DNA of 64,000 nt. It comes from Clostridia bacterium. GTDB taxonomy: Bacteria > Bacillota > Clostridia > Oscillospirales > CAG-272. Below, one piece after another: positions 29,834 to 39,562 of the stretch (positions within the stretch are counted from its first letter, which is position 1; every line of letters begins with the position of its first letter). The stretch lies in assembly GCA_017452525.1 (NCBI GenBank), contig JAFTMG010000024.1, positions 989 through 64,988 on the forward strand, in the 5' to 3' direction. A program made the translations under genes and the position numbers. Below the pieces are notes generated by a model. That model was given only the letters and a program-made list of their open reading frames with translations, was not told where the DNA came from and did not search any database.

Positions 29834-30616
29834 ATGAAAAAGAAAGAGATCTTTTATAAAGTCGCTGATATCATCCGTGCCGTCAACGGAAAACCGTCTT
29901 GTCGCTTCACCAGTGCCATCATCGTTGCCGCAGGTAACTCCACCCGCATGGGTGGTGGCATCTCCAAGCAGATGGCGCTGCTTGACAATATGCCTGTAGT
30001 GGTACGCACGCTCCGTGCGTATCAGCAAAGCCCGGAGATCAGCGAGATCATTGTGGTCGCACGCGAGGACGAGATCGCTTATTATGAAGAATTTAAGGAG
30101 AAATACCGTCTGACCAAGCTGGCTCACGTCGTCAGAGGCGGAATCGACCGTCAGGAATCGGTCCTCAACGGACTGAAAAAGGTACGCGAGCATGCAGGCT
30201 ACGTCGCCATTGCGGATGGTGCGCGCTGTCTCATCACCCCCGAAATGATTGGCAAGGTCTGCCGTAGCGCATATCAGTTCGGCGGTGCAAGCGCTGCCTG
30301 CCGCGTGGTAGACACCGTGAAGGTCGCCGATGCCAACGGTTTTATCAAGAGCACCGAAGACCGTGAAAAGATCTGGCTCGCCCAGACCCCGCAGGTCTTC
30401 AAGCTGAACGTCTACCGTGCGGCTGCCTATTCCGCTATGGAAAAGGGCTTCAAGGCGACAGATGACAATTCTCTGGTGGAGCGCATCCACAGACGCGTCA
30501 AGCTGGTGGATTGCGGTCAGGATAATCTTAAGATCACCACCCAAGAGGATCTGATCCGCGCACAGACAGTTCTGCGCACGCGCCGCGAAATGGCGGAACG
30601 GGGTGATTTCGAATGA
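29834..30616 (+). CDS. ispD: MEP cytidylyltransferase
   Basis: AAG.STRMG..K, GG..RQES, DGAR, QTPQ.F, TDD, N.KITT.ED. Confidence 0.95.
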   Translation: MKKKEIFYKVADIIRAVNGKPSCRFTSAIIVAAGNSTRMGGGISKQMALLDNMPVVVRTLRAYQQSPEISEIIVVAREDEIAYYEEFKEKYRLTKLAHVVRGGIDRQESVLNGLKKVREHAGYVAIADGARCLITPEMIGKVCRSAYQFGGASAACRVVDTVKVADANGFIKSTEDREKIWLAQTPQVFKLNVYRAAAYSAMEKGFKATDDNSLVERIHRRVKLVDCGQDNLKITTQEDLIRAQTVLRTRREMAERGDFE

Positions 30617-31089
30617 TCCGCATTGGTCATGGTTATGACGTTCACCGCCTGGTTCCGGATCGCAAGCTGATTCTGGGGGGTGTGGAGATCGCGCATGAAA
30701 CAGGTCTGCTCGGTCATTCGGACGCGGATGTGCTGACCCATGCGGTCATGGACGCGCTTCTCGGCGCCGCCGCTATGGGTGATATCGGCAAGCTTTTTCC
30801 GGATACCGATCCGGCCTTTGCCGGTGCAGACAGTTTGCTGTTGGCAAAAGAAGTAGTCAGACGCATCACGGCAGCAGGTTATCGTGTAGGAAACGTGGAC
30901 GCTACGGTGATCGCACAGGCACCCAAGCTGGCTCCTCATATCGATGCCATGCGCCAAAATCTGGCGGCAGTAATGAACGTGGACCTGTCTTGCGTCAACG
31001 TTAAGGCGACCACAGAGGAAAAGCTCGGTTTTACCGGTGAAAAGCTCGGCATCGCGGCGCACGCGGTCTGTCTGTTGGAGACTCTTTAA
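30613..31089 (+). CDS. ispF: MEcPP synthase
   Basis: [31 protein letters not shown]. Confidence 0.97.
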   Translation: MIRIGHGYDVHRLVPDRKLILGGVEIAHETGLLGHSDADVLTHAVMDALLGAAAMGDIGKLFPDTDPAFAGADSLLLAKEVVRRITAAGYRVGNVDATVIAQAPKLAPHIDAMRQNLAAVMNVDLSCVNVKATTEEKLGFTGEKLGIAAHAVCLLETL

Positions 31090-31302
31090 CATCGGAGACG
31101 AACATCAGCGTCCCGATATCCGCCCCCGATCACAGCACAGGTGGAGTCTCATCTTCCGCACATCCCGCTCGTTCTACAATCTCTGATCCCCCGCCCTGCG
31201 CGAATCTTCTTTAACAGAATATGCGCACAGTCATCCGTTGTGTGTTATTTTGTCGTATTTTGAATTTTTTCGTCGCGTCTTCGCGCGACACGAGGTAATC
31301 AT

Positions 31303-31974
31303 ATGGTTTATATTGCACCGTCGGTTCTCGCCGCCGATTTTTCACAGCTTGGCGAAGAAGTTCGGCGCGTGGAGGATGCCGGCGCGGATTTTCTGCATCT
31401 GGACGTGATGGACGGCATGTTCGTCCCCAATATCACGTTCGGCGCGCCCGTTATCGCCTCCTTGCGTAAAAAAACAGATCTGATCTTCGATGTTCATTTG
31501 ATGATCCGTGACCCGCAACGCTATCTTGATGATTTCATTCGTGCCGGTGCTGATATTCTGACCATTCACTATGAAAGCTGCGAAAAGCCGCTTGACGTGA
31601 TCCGTCAGATCCGTAATAATGAGGTCAAAGTTGGCATCTCCATTTCTCCGAAAACACCGGCGGAGGTCCTGCTGCCTCTGTTGACCGAGGTGGACATGAT
31701 CCTTGTCATGACGGTCGAGCCCGGCTTTGGCGGACAGAAATTCATGCCCGAAATGCTGGACAAAGTACGCCTGCTCCGCAAGGAAATCATTCGCCGCAAG
31801 TTGCGCGTGGATATCGAAGTGGACGGCGGCATCAGCGAAGACAATGCCGCGCAGGTCGCCTCCGCGGGTGCCAATATTTTCGTGGCGGGCTCTGCCATCT
31901 TCAAATCCCGTCGCCCCCGTCTTGTCATCTCCCGTATGCGAAGCGAAGGCATCAAGAACCTGTATCAGGGCTGA
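31303..31974 (+). CDS. rpe: Ribulose-phosphate 3-epimerase
   Basis: APS.L.ADF, HLDVMDG.FVPN, DVHLM, MTVEPGFGGQ, VDGG. Confidence 0.96.
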   Translation: MVYIAPSVLAADFSQLGEEVRRVEDAGADFLHLDVMDGMFVPNITFGAPVIASLRKKTDLIFDVHLMIRDPQRYLDDFIRAGADILTIHYESCEKPLDVIRQIRNNEVKVGISISPKTPAEVLLPLLTEVDMILVMTVEPGFGGQKFMPEMLDKVRLLRKEIIRRKLRVDIEVDGGISEDNAAQVASAGANIFVAGSAIFKSRRPRLVISRMRSEGIKNLYQG

Positions 31975-32021
31975 TTTTGGCAATTCATTTCCTTTTCTGT
32001 CGCTTTTTTAACAAAATACTC

Positions 32022-32050
32022 TTGCAATCCGATCAGGATTGCGATATAAT
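32022..32050 (+). promoter_or_regulatory. sigma-A promoter of ackA
   Basis: TTGCAA-17-TATAAT. Confidence 0.7.
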
Positions 32051-32096
32051 TAAGCGTATGTAAAATTTTCTATATTCACTTGGAGGATTAATTCTT

Positions 32097-33308
32097 ATGA
32101 ACGTACTTGTTGTAAACGCAGGTTCCAGCTCCTTGAAGTATCAGTTGTTCGATACCGCGAGCAATACCGTCATCGCGAAAGGTCTTTGTGACCGCATCGG
32201 TATTGACGGTACCCTGACACACAAGCAGCTGATCACCGGTAAGGTTTACGAGGTTGCTGTTTCCATCCCCAACCACACCGTTGCCATGAAATGTGTTGTG
32301 GATGCGCTTCTGGATGCTGACCACGGTTGTGTCAAGAGCATGGATGAGATCGAGGCTGTCGGTCACAGAATCGTGCATGGTGGCGCCTTCTTCTCCGAAT
32401 CCGTTCTTCTGAACGAGGATGTAATGGCAAAGTTGGAACTGTGTCGCGATCTTGCTCCCCTGCACACCGGCGCACATATTCAAGGTATCCAGGGTTGCCT
32501 TGAGGTCATGCCCAAGACCCCTCAGGTCCTTGTATTTGATACCGCATTCCATCAGACCATGCCTCAGAAGGCATTCATGTACGGTCTGCCCTACGAGCTT
32601 TACGAAAAGCACTCCATTCGTCGCTATGGTGCGCACGGCACCTCTCACCGCTACGTTGCAGGCGAGATGATCAAGCTGATGGGCGGCAAGGCGGAAGGCA
32701 CCAAGATCGTTACCTGCCATCTGGGCAACGGCTCTTCCATCTCTGCTGTCAAGGACGGTAAAGTCATGGATACCTCCATGGGCTTCACTCCTCTGGCAGG
32801 CGTGATCATGGGTACCCGTTGCGGCGATATGGACCCCGCCGTGGTTCCCTACGTAATGGCAAAGGAAAATCTGGCTCCCGATCAGATGAACAACTACATG
32901 AACAAGAAGTGCGGCTTCCTCGGAATTTCCGGAGTTTCCTCCGACTGCCGTGATCTTGAGGCAGCTTCCAAGGAAGGCAACGAGCGCGCAACTCTGGCAA
33001 TGGATATGCTGGGCTTCCAGATCAAGAAGTTTATCGGCGCATACTCTGCCATCATGAACGGTCTGGATGCGATCGTCTTCACCGCAGGTATCGGCGAAAA
33101 CACCGCAAGCATCCGCGAGCGCGCACTTTCCGAGCTGGATTATCTGGGTGTTGAGTTTGATCGCGAGATCAACAACAAGACCAAAGGCAGCTCCGGTGTC
33201 ACTAAGCTCTCTACCGACAACTCCAAGGTTCAGGTCTATATGATTCCCACCAACGAAGAGCTGGTTATCGCAAGAGATACCGAGAAGATCGTCAGCGAAA
33301 TGAAATAA
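32097..33308 (+). CDS. ackA: Acetate kinase
   Basis: NAGSSSLK, GHRIVHGG, APLH, FDTAFH, HGTSH, HLGNG, TNEE. Confidence 0.97.
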   Translation: MNVLVVNAGSSSLKYQLFDTASNTVIAKGLCDRIGIDGTLTHKQLITGKVYEVAVSIPNHTVAMKCVVDALLDADHGCVKSMDEIEAVGHRIVHGGAFFSESVLLNEDVMAKLELCRDLAPLHTGAHIQGIQGCLEVMPKTPQVLVFDTAFHQTMPQKAFMYGLPYELYEKHSIRRYGAHGTSHRYVAGEMIKLMGGKAEGTKIVTCHLGNGSSISAVKDGKVMDTSMGFTPLAGVIMGTRCGDMDPAVVPYVMAKENLAPDQMNNYMNKKCGFLGISGVSSDCRDLEAASKEGNERATLAMDMLGFQIKKFIGAYSAIMNGLDAIVFTAGIGENTASIRERALSELDYLGVEFDREINNKTKGSSGVTKLSTDNSKVQVYMIPTNEELVIARDTEKIVSEMK

Positions 33309-33313
33309 TTGCC

Positions 33314-33352
33314 AAAACAAAAATCCTCGCCCGGGGCGAGGATTTTTGTTTT
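33314..33352. terminator. Bidirectional terminator
   Basis: AAAACAAAAATCCTCGCC / GGCGAGGATTTTTGTTTT. Confidence 0.8.
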
Positions 33353-34166
33353 ATGAGCCGATACTTTTTCTTGCCGCCACGCGGTATTCAGAGGGTGTCA
33401 TTCCCGTAATACTCTTGAATATCTCCCGAAAATAGATAGTAGAGTGGAATCCGTTGGACATGGCAATCTCATCAATGGAAGTACTCTCGGTGCGAAGCTC
33501 CCTTGCCGCTTGCTCCACACGGATCTCATTGCGAAATTTTACCGGTGTCGTTCCCAATTCCTCTCGGAACAGATGGTACAGTCTCGATTCACTGATGCAA
33601 ACGACGGATGCCAATGCTTTCACATCGAAATCGTCATGATAATTCTCCCGTATATACGCCATCGCTTGCAGTAAGGCGGGATTATATTGCACGGGAGGGA
33701 CCGCGTTCAAATGCGGCAGGACGTCCGCGTAAAAATGATAATAACTCCCGATCGCACGTACCTTTTGGATCCGTTCTCCCGTGGCAAACAGATCGAAAAT
33801 CGTTCGGAACAACGTCTCCGTCTGCGGCACGGAGAGCGCATCGATACGTTGGATCTCGTATCTTACCGCATTGGAAAGATCAAAGCTTCCGGAAATGATA
33901 TTGCAGGCATAGTATTCTACCGTTGGCGTTCCCTGCCATACCGCGTGATATTGCTGACCCTCGGGGATATACAAAAGGGATCCCGCCTCCGCGTACAATC
34001 GATTTCCCATGGCGTTTACCGTGACATTGCCTTCTACCAAATAGACAAAGCTGGAATGTCTCCGCCCCTCCACTGTCTCAAAAAAATTGCTCCGCGCGTA
34101 TACGGTATGCTCCGCTTGGAGCTCACTCATGCAAAGCTTTTTATCATGTAGGATCCGTTGTTCCAT
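33351..34166 (-). CDS. AraC-family transcriptional regulator
   Basis: Cupin-like N-terminus and C-terminal double HTH (SESRLYHLF..G.TP; GF.S..YF...FK..TG.TP.EYR). Confidence 0.92.
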   Translation of the reverse strand: MEQRILHDKKLCMSELQAEHTVYARSNFFETVEGRRHSSFVYLVEGNVTVNAMGNRLYAEAGSLLYIPEGQQYHAVWQGTPTVEYYACNIISGSFDLSNAVRYEIQRIDALSVPQTETLFRTIFDLFATGERIQKVRAIGSYYHFYADVLPHLNAVPPVQYNPALLQAMAYIRENYHDDFDVKALASVVCISESRLYHLFREELGTTPVKFRNEIRVEQAARELRTESTSIDEIAMSNGFHSTIYFREIFKSITGMTPSEYRVAARKSIGS

Positions 34167-34208
34167 GTCCACACCTCCGAAATCAGCAGAATCGTTTTCC
34201 TAATAAGC

Positions 34209-34248
34209 AATATACCATATCGACAGGATTTTGTCAAGAGGCTATAAT
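34209..34248. promoter_or_regulatory. Overlapping divergent promoters (araC-like gene / SDR operon)
   Basis: Minus strand TTGACA-17-TATATT; plus strand TCGACA-17-TATAAT. Confidence 0.6.
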
Positions 34249-34299
34249 AATGATAGAAAGCTTTATTCTTCAACATCGTTATAAAACAGGAGGTAGCAT

Positions 34300-35064
34300 A
34301 TGAATTTTCAAGGGCAAGTCGCCATATCCACGGGAGCCGCATCCGGCATGGGTTTGCTCTTTGCGCAAAATTTTGCAAGTCTTGGCGGAAACGTCGTGAT
34401 GTGCGACGTCAATGAGCCCGTTCTTACGGAAAAGGTTGCCGAGATCAACGCCGCAAACCAAGGCCGCGCCGTGGGCGTTGTATGTGACGTGCGCGATTAT
34501 GCGCAGGTATGTGCGGTCCGTGACCGTGCCGTTTCTGAGTTTGGTCGCATTGACGTGATGGCAAATTTCGCCGGCGGAACTGCCGTTCGCATGCTGAAGG
34601 TCGACAGCAAATTGGAATTTCCCGATATTCCGATTGAGGTATTCGACTGGGGAATCGACGTAAATCTGAAGGGACAGTTTTATTTCGCCCATGCCGTCAT
34701 GAAGCAGATGCGTGAGCAAAAAAGCGGTTTGATCATCAACATAGGCTCGATCACAGGTGAGGAGGGCGACAAACGGGGCATGGACTACCCTACCGCCAAA
34801 AGCGGTGTCATGTACGGTCTGACCAAATCTCTTGCCGCCTACGGCGGGCAATACAACGTGCGTTGTGTCTGCATCTCCCCCGGTCCCGTGCTGACCCGAG
34901 AAGCCATGGCAAAAATGAGAACTCCGCTTGGTCGTGCGGCAGAGCCGCAGGAGATCATTGATCTGGCCCTGTTTGTCGCTTCGGAAAAAGGACAGTTCAT
35001 CAACGGCACCAGCCTCCTGATCGATGGCGGACGAAATGCCCTGCAACGCCTGCGATACGATTAA
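34300..35064 (+). CDS. SDR-family oxidoreductase
   Basis: TGAASGMG, NFAG, YPTAK (YxxxK), PG, DGG. Confidence 0.92.
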   Translation: MNFQGQVAISTGAASGMGLLFAQNFASLGGNVVMCDVNEPVLTEKVAEINAANQGRAVGVVCDVRDYAQVCAVRDRAVSEFGRIDVMANFAGGTAVRMLKVDSKLEFPDIPIEVFDWGIDVNLKGQFYFAHAVMKQMREQKSGLIINIGSITGEEGDKRGMDYPTAKSGVMYGLTKSLAAYGGQYNVRCVCISPGPVLTREAMAKMRTPLGRAAEPQEIIDLALFVASEKGQFINGTSLLIDGGRNALQRLRYD

Positions 35065-35076
35065 CACGGGAGGCTT

Positions 35077-35847
35077 ATGATGAATCATCACACTACCTTT
35101 TTAGGGCATGAACGCCCCTTGATCACCTGCATGATCCAGGCTGACAACACCCATCGCGCGATTGAACTGGCGGAGCGTGGATTGGCCGCCGGTTGCGATG
35201 CCTTCGGTTTTCAATGGGAGGTCATGCCTCCTGAGCTGCGCCGTGAGGAGACCATCAAAAGCATTTTTGCCGCAATGCAGGGAAAACCCATTTACGTAAC
35301 CAACTACCGCTCGAAAAAGAACGCGGGGATCGATGACGAAACGCTGCTCAATGGATTGATCACACTGCGCAAATGGGGGGCTACACTCATTGATATTACA
35401 GGAGATTTGTTTTCCCCGCACCCCATACAGCTTACGGAAGACAAGGAAGCCGTTGCACGTCAGAAGGAGGCGGCTGCCATGATCCATGATCTTGGCGGTG
35501 AGGTATTGATCTCCTCTCACGTCATGAAATTCACCCCCGCCGAGGAGGTCCTACGCATTGCCACCGCACAGCAAGAGCGAGGCGCGGACATTGCCAAGAT
35601 TGTCACCGCCGCCAACACAGAGGAGGAGGAGCTGGAAAATCTCCGCATTACCTCCCTGCTGAAAAAGGAATTAAAGATTCCCTTCCTCTTCCTGTCCGGC
35701 GGTACACACACCAAGTTACACCGCACCATGGGTCCCATGCTCGGCTGTTGTACCTGGCTGACCGTAGCGGAGCATGACGCGTATTCCACCAAGCAGCAGC
35801 CCCTTTGTCACCACATCCGTGCCATTTCCGACCACTTCTCGTGGTAA
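35077..35847 (+). CDS. Type I 3-dehydroquinate dehydratase-like protein (divergent)
   Basis: KPI.VTNYR, ISSH..FTP (catalytic His), GADIAKIV (Schiff-base Lys), HR. Confidence 0.7.
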   Translation: MMNHHTTFLGHERPLITCMIQADNTHRAIELAERGLAAGCDAFGFQWEVMPPELRREETIKSIFAAMQGKPIYVTNYRSKKNAGIDDETLLNGLITLRKWGATLIDITGDLFSPHPIQLTEDKEAVARQKEAAAMIHDLGGEVLISSHVMKFTPAEEVLRIATAQQERGADIAKIVTAANTEEEELENLRITSLLKKELKIPFLFLSGGTHTKLHRTMGPMLGCCTWLTVAEHDAYSTKQQPLCHHIRAISDHFSW

Positions 35848-35871
35848 GCAAACAGAAAAGAGGATAACACA

Positions 35872-36858
35872 ATGAAAGCAATTTTAGTCAACCCCGATCA
35901 GTCCTTGATCTGGACTGAAGTTCCCGATCCCATCATCCGCGACGATGAGGTTCTGGTTGAGATCCACTATGCCGCGTTGAATCGCGCTGACCTGATGCAG
36001 CGAGCAGGCGACTATCCCCCCCCTCCCGGTTGCCCGGAGTGGATGGGACTGGAGATCTCCGGATACATTCGTCAAATGGGCAAAACCGCGCAGGAGAAAT
36101 CCAATTTCCGCTGCGGTGATGCCGTCTGTGCCCTGCTGGGCGGCGGCGGATATGCAGAATACGTTGCCGTAAAATACGACATGCTTATGCCCGTTCCCAA
36201 GGGGTGCTCGTTGGCAGAGGCGGCAGCTATGCCCGAGGCTTACTGTACCGCATATCTCAACATCTTTGGTGAAGGCGGTGCCAAGGCTGGCGACACGCTG
36301 TTGATGCATGCCGGCGCAAGCGGACTGGCATCCGTTGTCATCCCCATGGCAAAGTCCTTCGGACTGCGCGTCATCACCAGCGTTCGTTCTACCGAATACG
36401 TCGAAAAGATCAGTTCCCTCGGGGCGGATATCATCATCGACACCTCCAAAGAAAAGACCGCCGACGTTCTCCACGCCCAATTGGATGCAGGCACTCCCGT
36501 AGATGTTGCCATTGACTGTCTGGGCGGCGAGGACATGGGCACATGCCTTCCCTATCTGGCCCGCGGTGCCCGTTGGATCATGATCGCCGCGTTGGCGGGA
36601 CAGTTGACTCAGATCGATCTGAAAAACATTTACGTCCGCAACGTGCGCATCATCGGCAGCACCTTGCGCTCCCGCACCCCGGAATACAAGGCAGAGCTGA
36701 TTGCCAAGCTGGTCAAGGACGTCTGGCCCCGTGTGGAATCCGGCGAGTTGAAATCCAGCATATATCGCATCTTCCCGATCACGCAGGCGGAGGACGCCCA
36801 TGCTCTGATGGCATCCGGTGCGCACAACGGCAAGATCGTTCTGTGTGTAAAAGAATAA
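35872..36858 (+). CDS. NAD(P)H-quinone oxidoreductase (PIG3-like MDR)
   Basis: NRAD..QR.G.YPPPPG, GLE.SG, ALLGGGGYAEY, GSTLR.R, GKIVL. Confidence 0.92.
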   Translation: MKAILVNPDQSLIWTEVPDPIIRDDEVLVEIHYAALNRADLMQRAGDYPPPPGCPEWMGLEISGYIRQMGKTAQEKSNFRCGDAVCALLGGGGYAEYVAVKYDMLMPVPKGCSLAEAAAMPEAYCTAYLNIFGEGGAKAGDTLLMHAGASGLASVVIPMAKSFGLRVITSVRSTEYVEKISSLGADIIIDTSKEKTADVLHAQLDAGTPVDVAIDCLGGEDMGTCLPYLARGARWIMIAALAGQLTQIDLKNIYVRNVRIIGSTLRSRTPEYKAELIAKLVKDVWPRVESGELKSSIYRIFPITQAEDAHALMASGAHNGKIVLCVKE

Positions 36859-36870
36859 AACAAATCGCAT

Positions 36871-36914
36871 CACAAAGAAGAACCGCTTTCGATTGGAAGC
36901 GGTTCTTCTTTGTG
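36871..36914. terminator. Bidirectional terminator
   Basis: CACAAAGAAGAACCGCTT / AAGCGGTTCTTCTTTGTG. Confidence 0.8.
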
Positions 36915-36936
36915 GGTACGTACCATGTCGGCATTG

Positions 36937-37422
36937 CTATTCTTCGCGATAAATAAAGTGCCGGATACCCTGTTCTGTCTTTTCAAGCAGTGCCCGTGCC
37001 TCCGGTGGATATACCTCAATATCCGATAAACGATTTATCGGGATCCATAAAAATTCCAACGAAAAATCCCGATTCTCAAGCTGTTCTTCTCCGATAAAGG
37101 ACGTTCGTTCCATCAGTATAGGATCGGTCAGCTCCACGGCATAGTAAAGACAAATCTGATGGCAGGGGCGGTCTCCCCACGGAAAGAAGATCTCACCGAC
37201 CCACATCAGTTCTCCCACACGGATCTCCGCGCCGATCTCCTCTCTGAACTCGCGGATCAACGTCTGTTCATTGGTCTCTCCAAACATGACATGACCGCCG
37301 GGAAACGCGTGCGCCGAGTCATTGGTCGGCTTTTGCAGAAGCACCTTGCCATCATGCAAACAGACGCCTGCCACACGATAGCTGAACACAGCCTCACTGT
37401 CCTTGAAAAGAATATCTCTCAT
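36937..37422 (-). CDS. NUDIX hydrolase
   Basis: PGG....GE......REFREEIG Nudix box. Confidence 0.9.
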   Translation of the reverse strand: MRDILFKDSEAVFSYRVAGVCLHDGKVLLQKPTNDSAHAFPGGHVMFGETNEQTLIREFREEIGAEIRVGELMWVGEIFFPWGDRPCHQICLYYAVELTDPILMERTSFIGEEQLENRDFSLEFLWIPINRLSDIEVYPPEARALLEKTEQGIRHFIYREE

Positions 37423-37441
37423 ATACTTACCTCCCATTGCA

Positions 37442-38020
37442 TCACTCGATCACGACGGAATCCCCATCACGCAAGGCATGAACGGTATATTTCCCTTCCG
37501 AAACCAGCTTTTTGTAATGTGCCTCCCGCTCCTTTGTGTAGTGACACAATAATATTCCGTCAAACAGTCCCAGCCCGGAATCATCAAAGCAAGGATCGGA
37601 AGGCGGGTCATCATAACACGCTACGTGAATCACGTTTTTCGTTACAATATGTGCCCCCGCGCTGCCTCCGATATAGGTAACACCGTTTTGAACGTACCGG
37701 ATCAGATCCTTGTCAAAGCCGCACCGCCTTAATTTTTGAAGTGTAGCGAAGGTGTTGCCTCCGCTGACGTAGATCACATCCAAGGGAAGTTCACGAAAAG
37801 AATCGGCTGAACGTTCATCGAAAATAAAGGTCAGCGCCTCCGAAAAACCGATGTCCCGGAGTCTTTGTCGGTATTTTCCGGATAAGATCTTTTGGGTGCT
37901 TGCCTTTTCATTGGGGATAAACAGTACTCGGCATTCTTCTATCGGCTTGGGCAAATGTTCTAAAATACATGCTCTTGATATAGGGTGCGAAAAATCGCAG
38001 GAGGACAAGATCAGCTTCAT
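37442..38020 (-). CDS. Peptidase E (S51) / class I glutamine amidotransferase-like protein
   Basis: GGNTF, GGSAGA nucleophile elbow, GLGL, CHY. Confidence 0.85.
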   Translation of the reverse strand: MKLILSSCDFSHPISRACILEHLPKPIEECRVLFIPNEKASTQKILSGKYRQRLRDIGFSEALTFIFDERSADSFRELPLDVIYVSGGNTFATLQKLRRCGFDKDLIRYVQNGVTYIGGSAGAHIVTKNVIHVACYDDPPSDPCFDDSGLGLFDGILLCHYTKEREAHYKKLVSEGKYTVHALRDGDSVVIE

Positions 38021-38619
38021 ATTTTTTCTCCTTTAGCAAGGTCATCCGTTATATCTGCTTTTTCCTGCGCGATCTTTCGCCGGGACTCCTGATTCAACGT
38101 GTTTTTTAATGTCGCCGTCCACTCCGACCAGGCAACATTCCGCTCTCCATAGGTCAGATTTTCCTCAAATTCGCGCGGAAGCCATGTGGAGAGAGGTGCC
38201 TCATTGTGGGAAAGAATCGCCTCCATGTTATCCAATGCCTTATACAGCTTTGCTTCCTCGCTCTCCCGCGCATTCATTTCCGCAAAAAGCTGCTTCCAAT
38301 TTGTCCGATAAGGCTCGGGCAGTTCACCAAGCAGCCGCTCGATCGCCTGCTCCTCTTCCCGCTCGTGCCCTTCTGTTTTGAGAAACGCGGGGATATCTCC
38401 CGTCACGGCTTCTCCCAGATCATGAATAAGACACATCGTAACAACCTTGTGGATATCGACCGTAGGAAAAGCATCGGCGCAAAGCAATGCCATGACCGAC
38501 AACCGCCAGGAATGCTCCGCCACGCTTTCATGCCGACCGCTGGAGGTCCATGAATGGCGCGTCTGACATTTCAGCTTTTCAATCACATGCAAAAAGGCAA
38601 TGTACTCATTGACATTCAC
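38017..38619 (-). CDS. HD-domain phosphohydrolase (YfbR/HDDC2-like)
   Basis: LK...R, ESVAEHSW, HDLGEA.TGDIP, KALD. Confidence 0.9.
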   Translation of the reverse strand: MNVNEYIAFLHVIEKLKCQTRHSWTSSGRHESVAEHSWRLSVMALLCADAFPTVDIHKVVTMCLIHDLGEAVTGDIPAFLKTEGHEREEEQAIERLLGELPEPYRTNWKQLFAEMNARESEEAKLYKALDNMEAILSHNEAPLSTWLPREFEENLTYGERNVAWSEWTATLKNTLNQESRRKIAQEKADITDDLAKGEKI

Positions 38620-39545
38620 GAAATATCCCTCGCTTTTTTCAGAAATTCGTCCAAATAGAAGAACGGTACCAAGGTCCCTTCGCGGTAAAGCTCACGTATC
38701 TTCTCTTCCGACGCCAACATCACGTCGCAGGTCTCACCGGGCTGCAAAACGACCTCGGACAGATCTACGTCGTGTTGGAACAGCCACACATCGCAGAAAT
38801 TATCTTCTCGCGGGATTGGCATCAAACAGATACCGCGCCGGGGATCCAGCGTAATTCCCGTTTCCTCCTGGACCTCTCGCAAAGCCGCCCGCAGGCTATC
38901 ATCACCGCTCAAAGCAGAGCCGCCGGTACATTCCCACATGTTAGGAAAGCCCTTGGTGGGAGCACGCTTGGTCAAAAGATATTCACCGCGGCTGTTTCGG
39001 ATCCAGACCTGAACGACAAGATGATAGTCTCCGTGCGGAAGCGGATCACCTCGGCGGTGCGTCCTGCCCGTCAAGCAGCGATTTTCGTCATATATGTCCC
39101 AAAGCTCATCGGGATTGCTTTGCAAATTCAGCCACGCCTGCACCCACTCATATAAATAGCCTTGGATCTCCGGATATGTCAGCTCCTGCGGAAGCGTTTC
39201 ACGAAGTGATATCTCGCCAATCTCAAACTCAGCGGGAATCGGTCCCAGCTCTGTTACCTCGGCATAATAAAGCATGCCGTAGCCAATACCGTGCTCGTTT
39301 TCTGCACTGTACACGCGAATAGGCGTCAAGGAAAAGACGGTTGCTCCCGTCTCTTCAAAAAGTTCACGGCGGGCACAGTCATCCACCGACTCGCCGCTCT
39401 CCCGATGTCCACCGGGAATCTCCCACGTGGTTCTCTTTTTGTGGCGGCAAAAGATCCACTTACCTTGATATTTTGCAGCGATTACCGCAAACTTCAAATT
39501 TCCATCCGGAATCTGCTCCGGCATATACGTTGTAACCTTGATCAT
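38616..39545 (-). CDS. Tandem double-NUDIX hydrolase
   Basis: Two Nudix boxes: PGGHRESGE..RRELFEETG and TGGSALSGD..REVQEETG; start set at MIKVTT. Confidence 0.88.
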   Translation of the reverse strand: MIKVTTYMPEQIPDGNLKFAVIAAKYQGKWIFCRHKKRTTWEIPGGHRESGESVDDCARRELFEETGATVFSLTPIRVYSAENEHGIGYGMLYYAEVTELGPIPAEFEIGEISLRETLPQELTYPEIQGYLYEWVQAWLNLQSNPDELWDIYDENRCLTGRTHRRGDPLPHGDYHLVVQVWIRNSRGEYLLTKRAPTKGFPNMWECTGGSALSGDDSLRAALREVQEETGITLDPRRGICLMPIPREDNFCDVWLFQHDVDLSEVVLQPGETCDVMLASEEKIRELYREGTLVPFFYLDEFLKKARDIS

Positions 39546-39562
39546 ACAACCCCTCTTTACGC

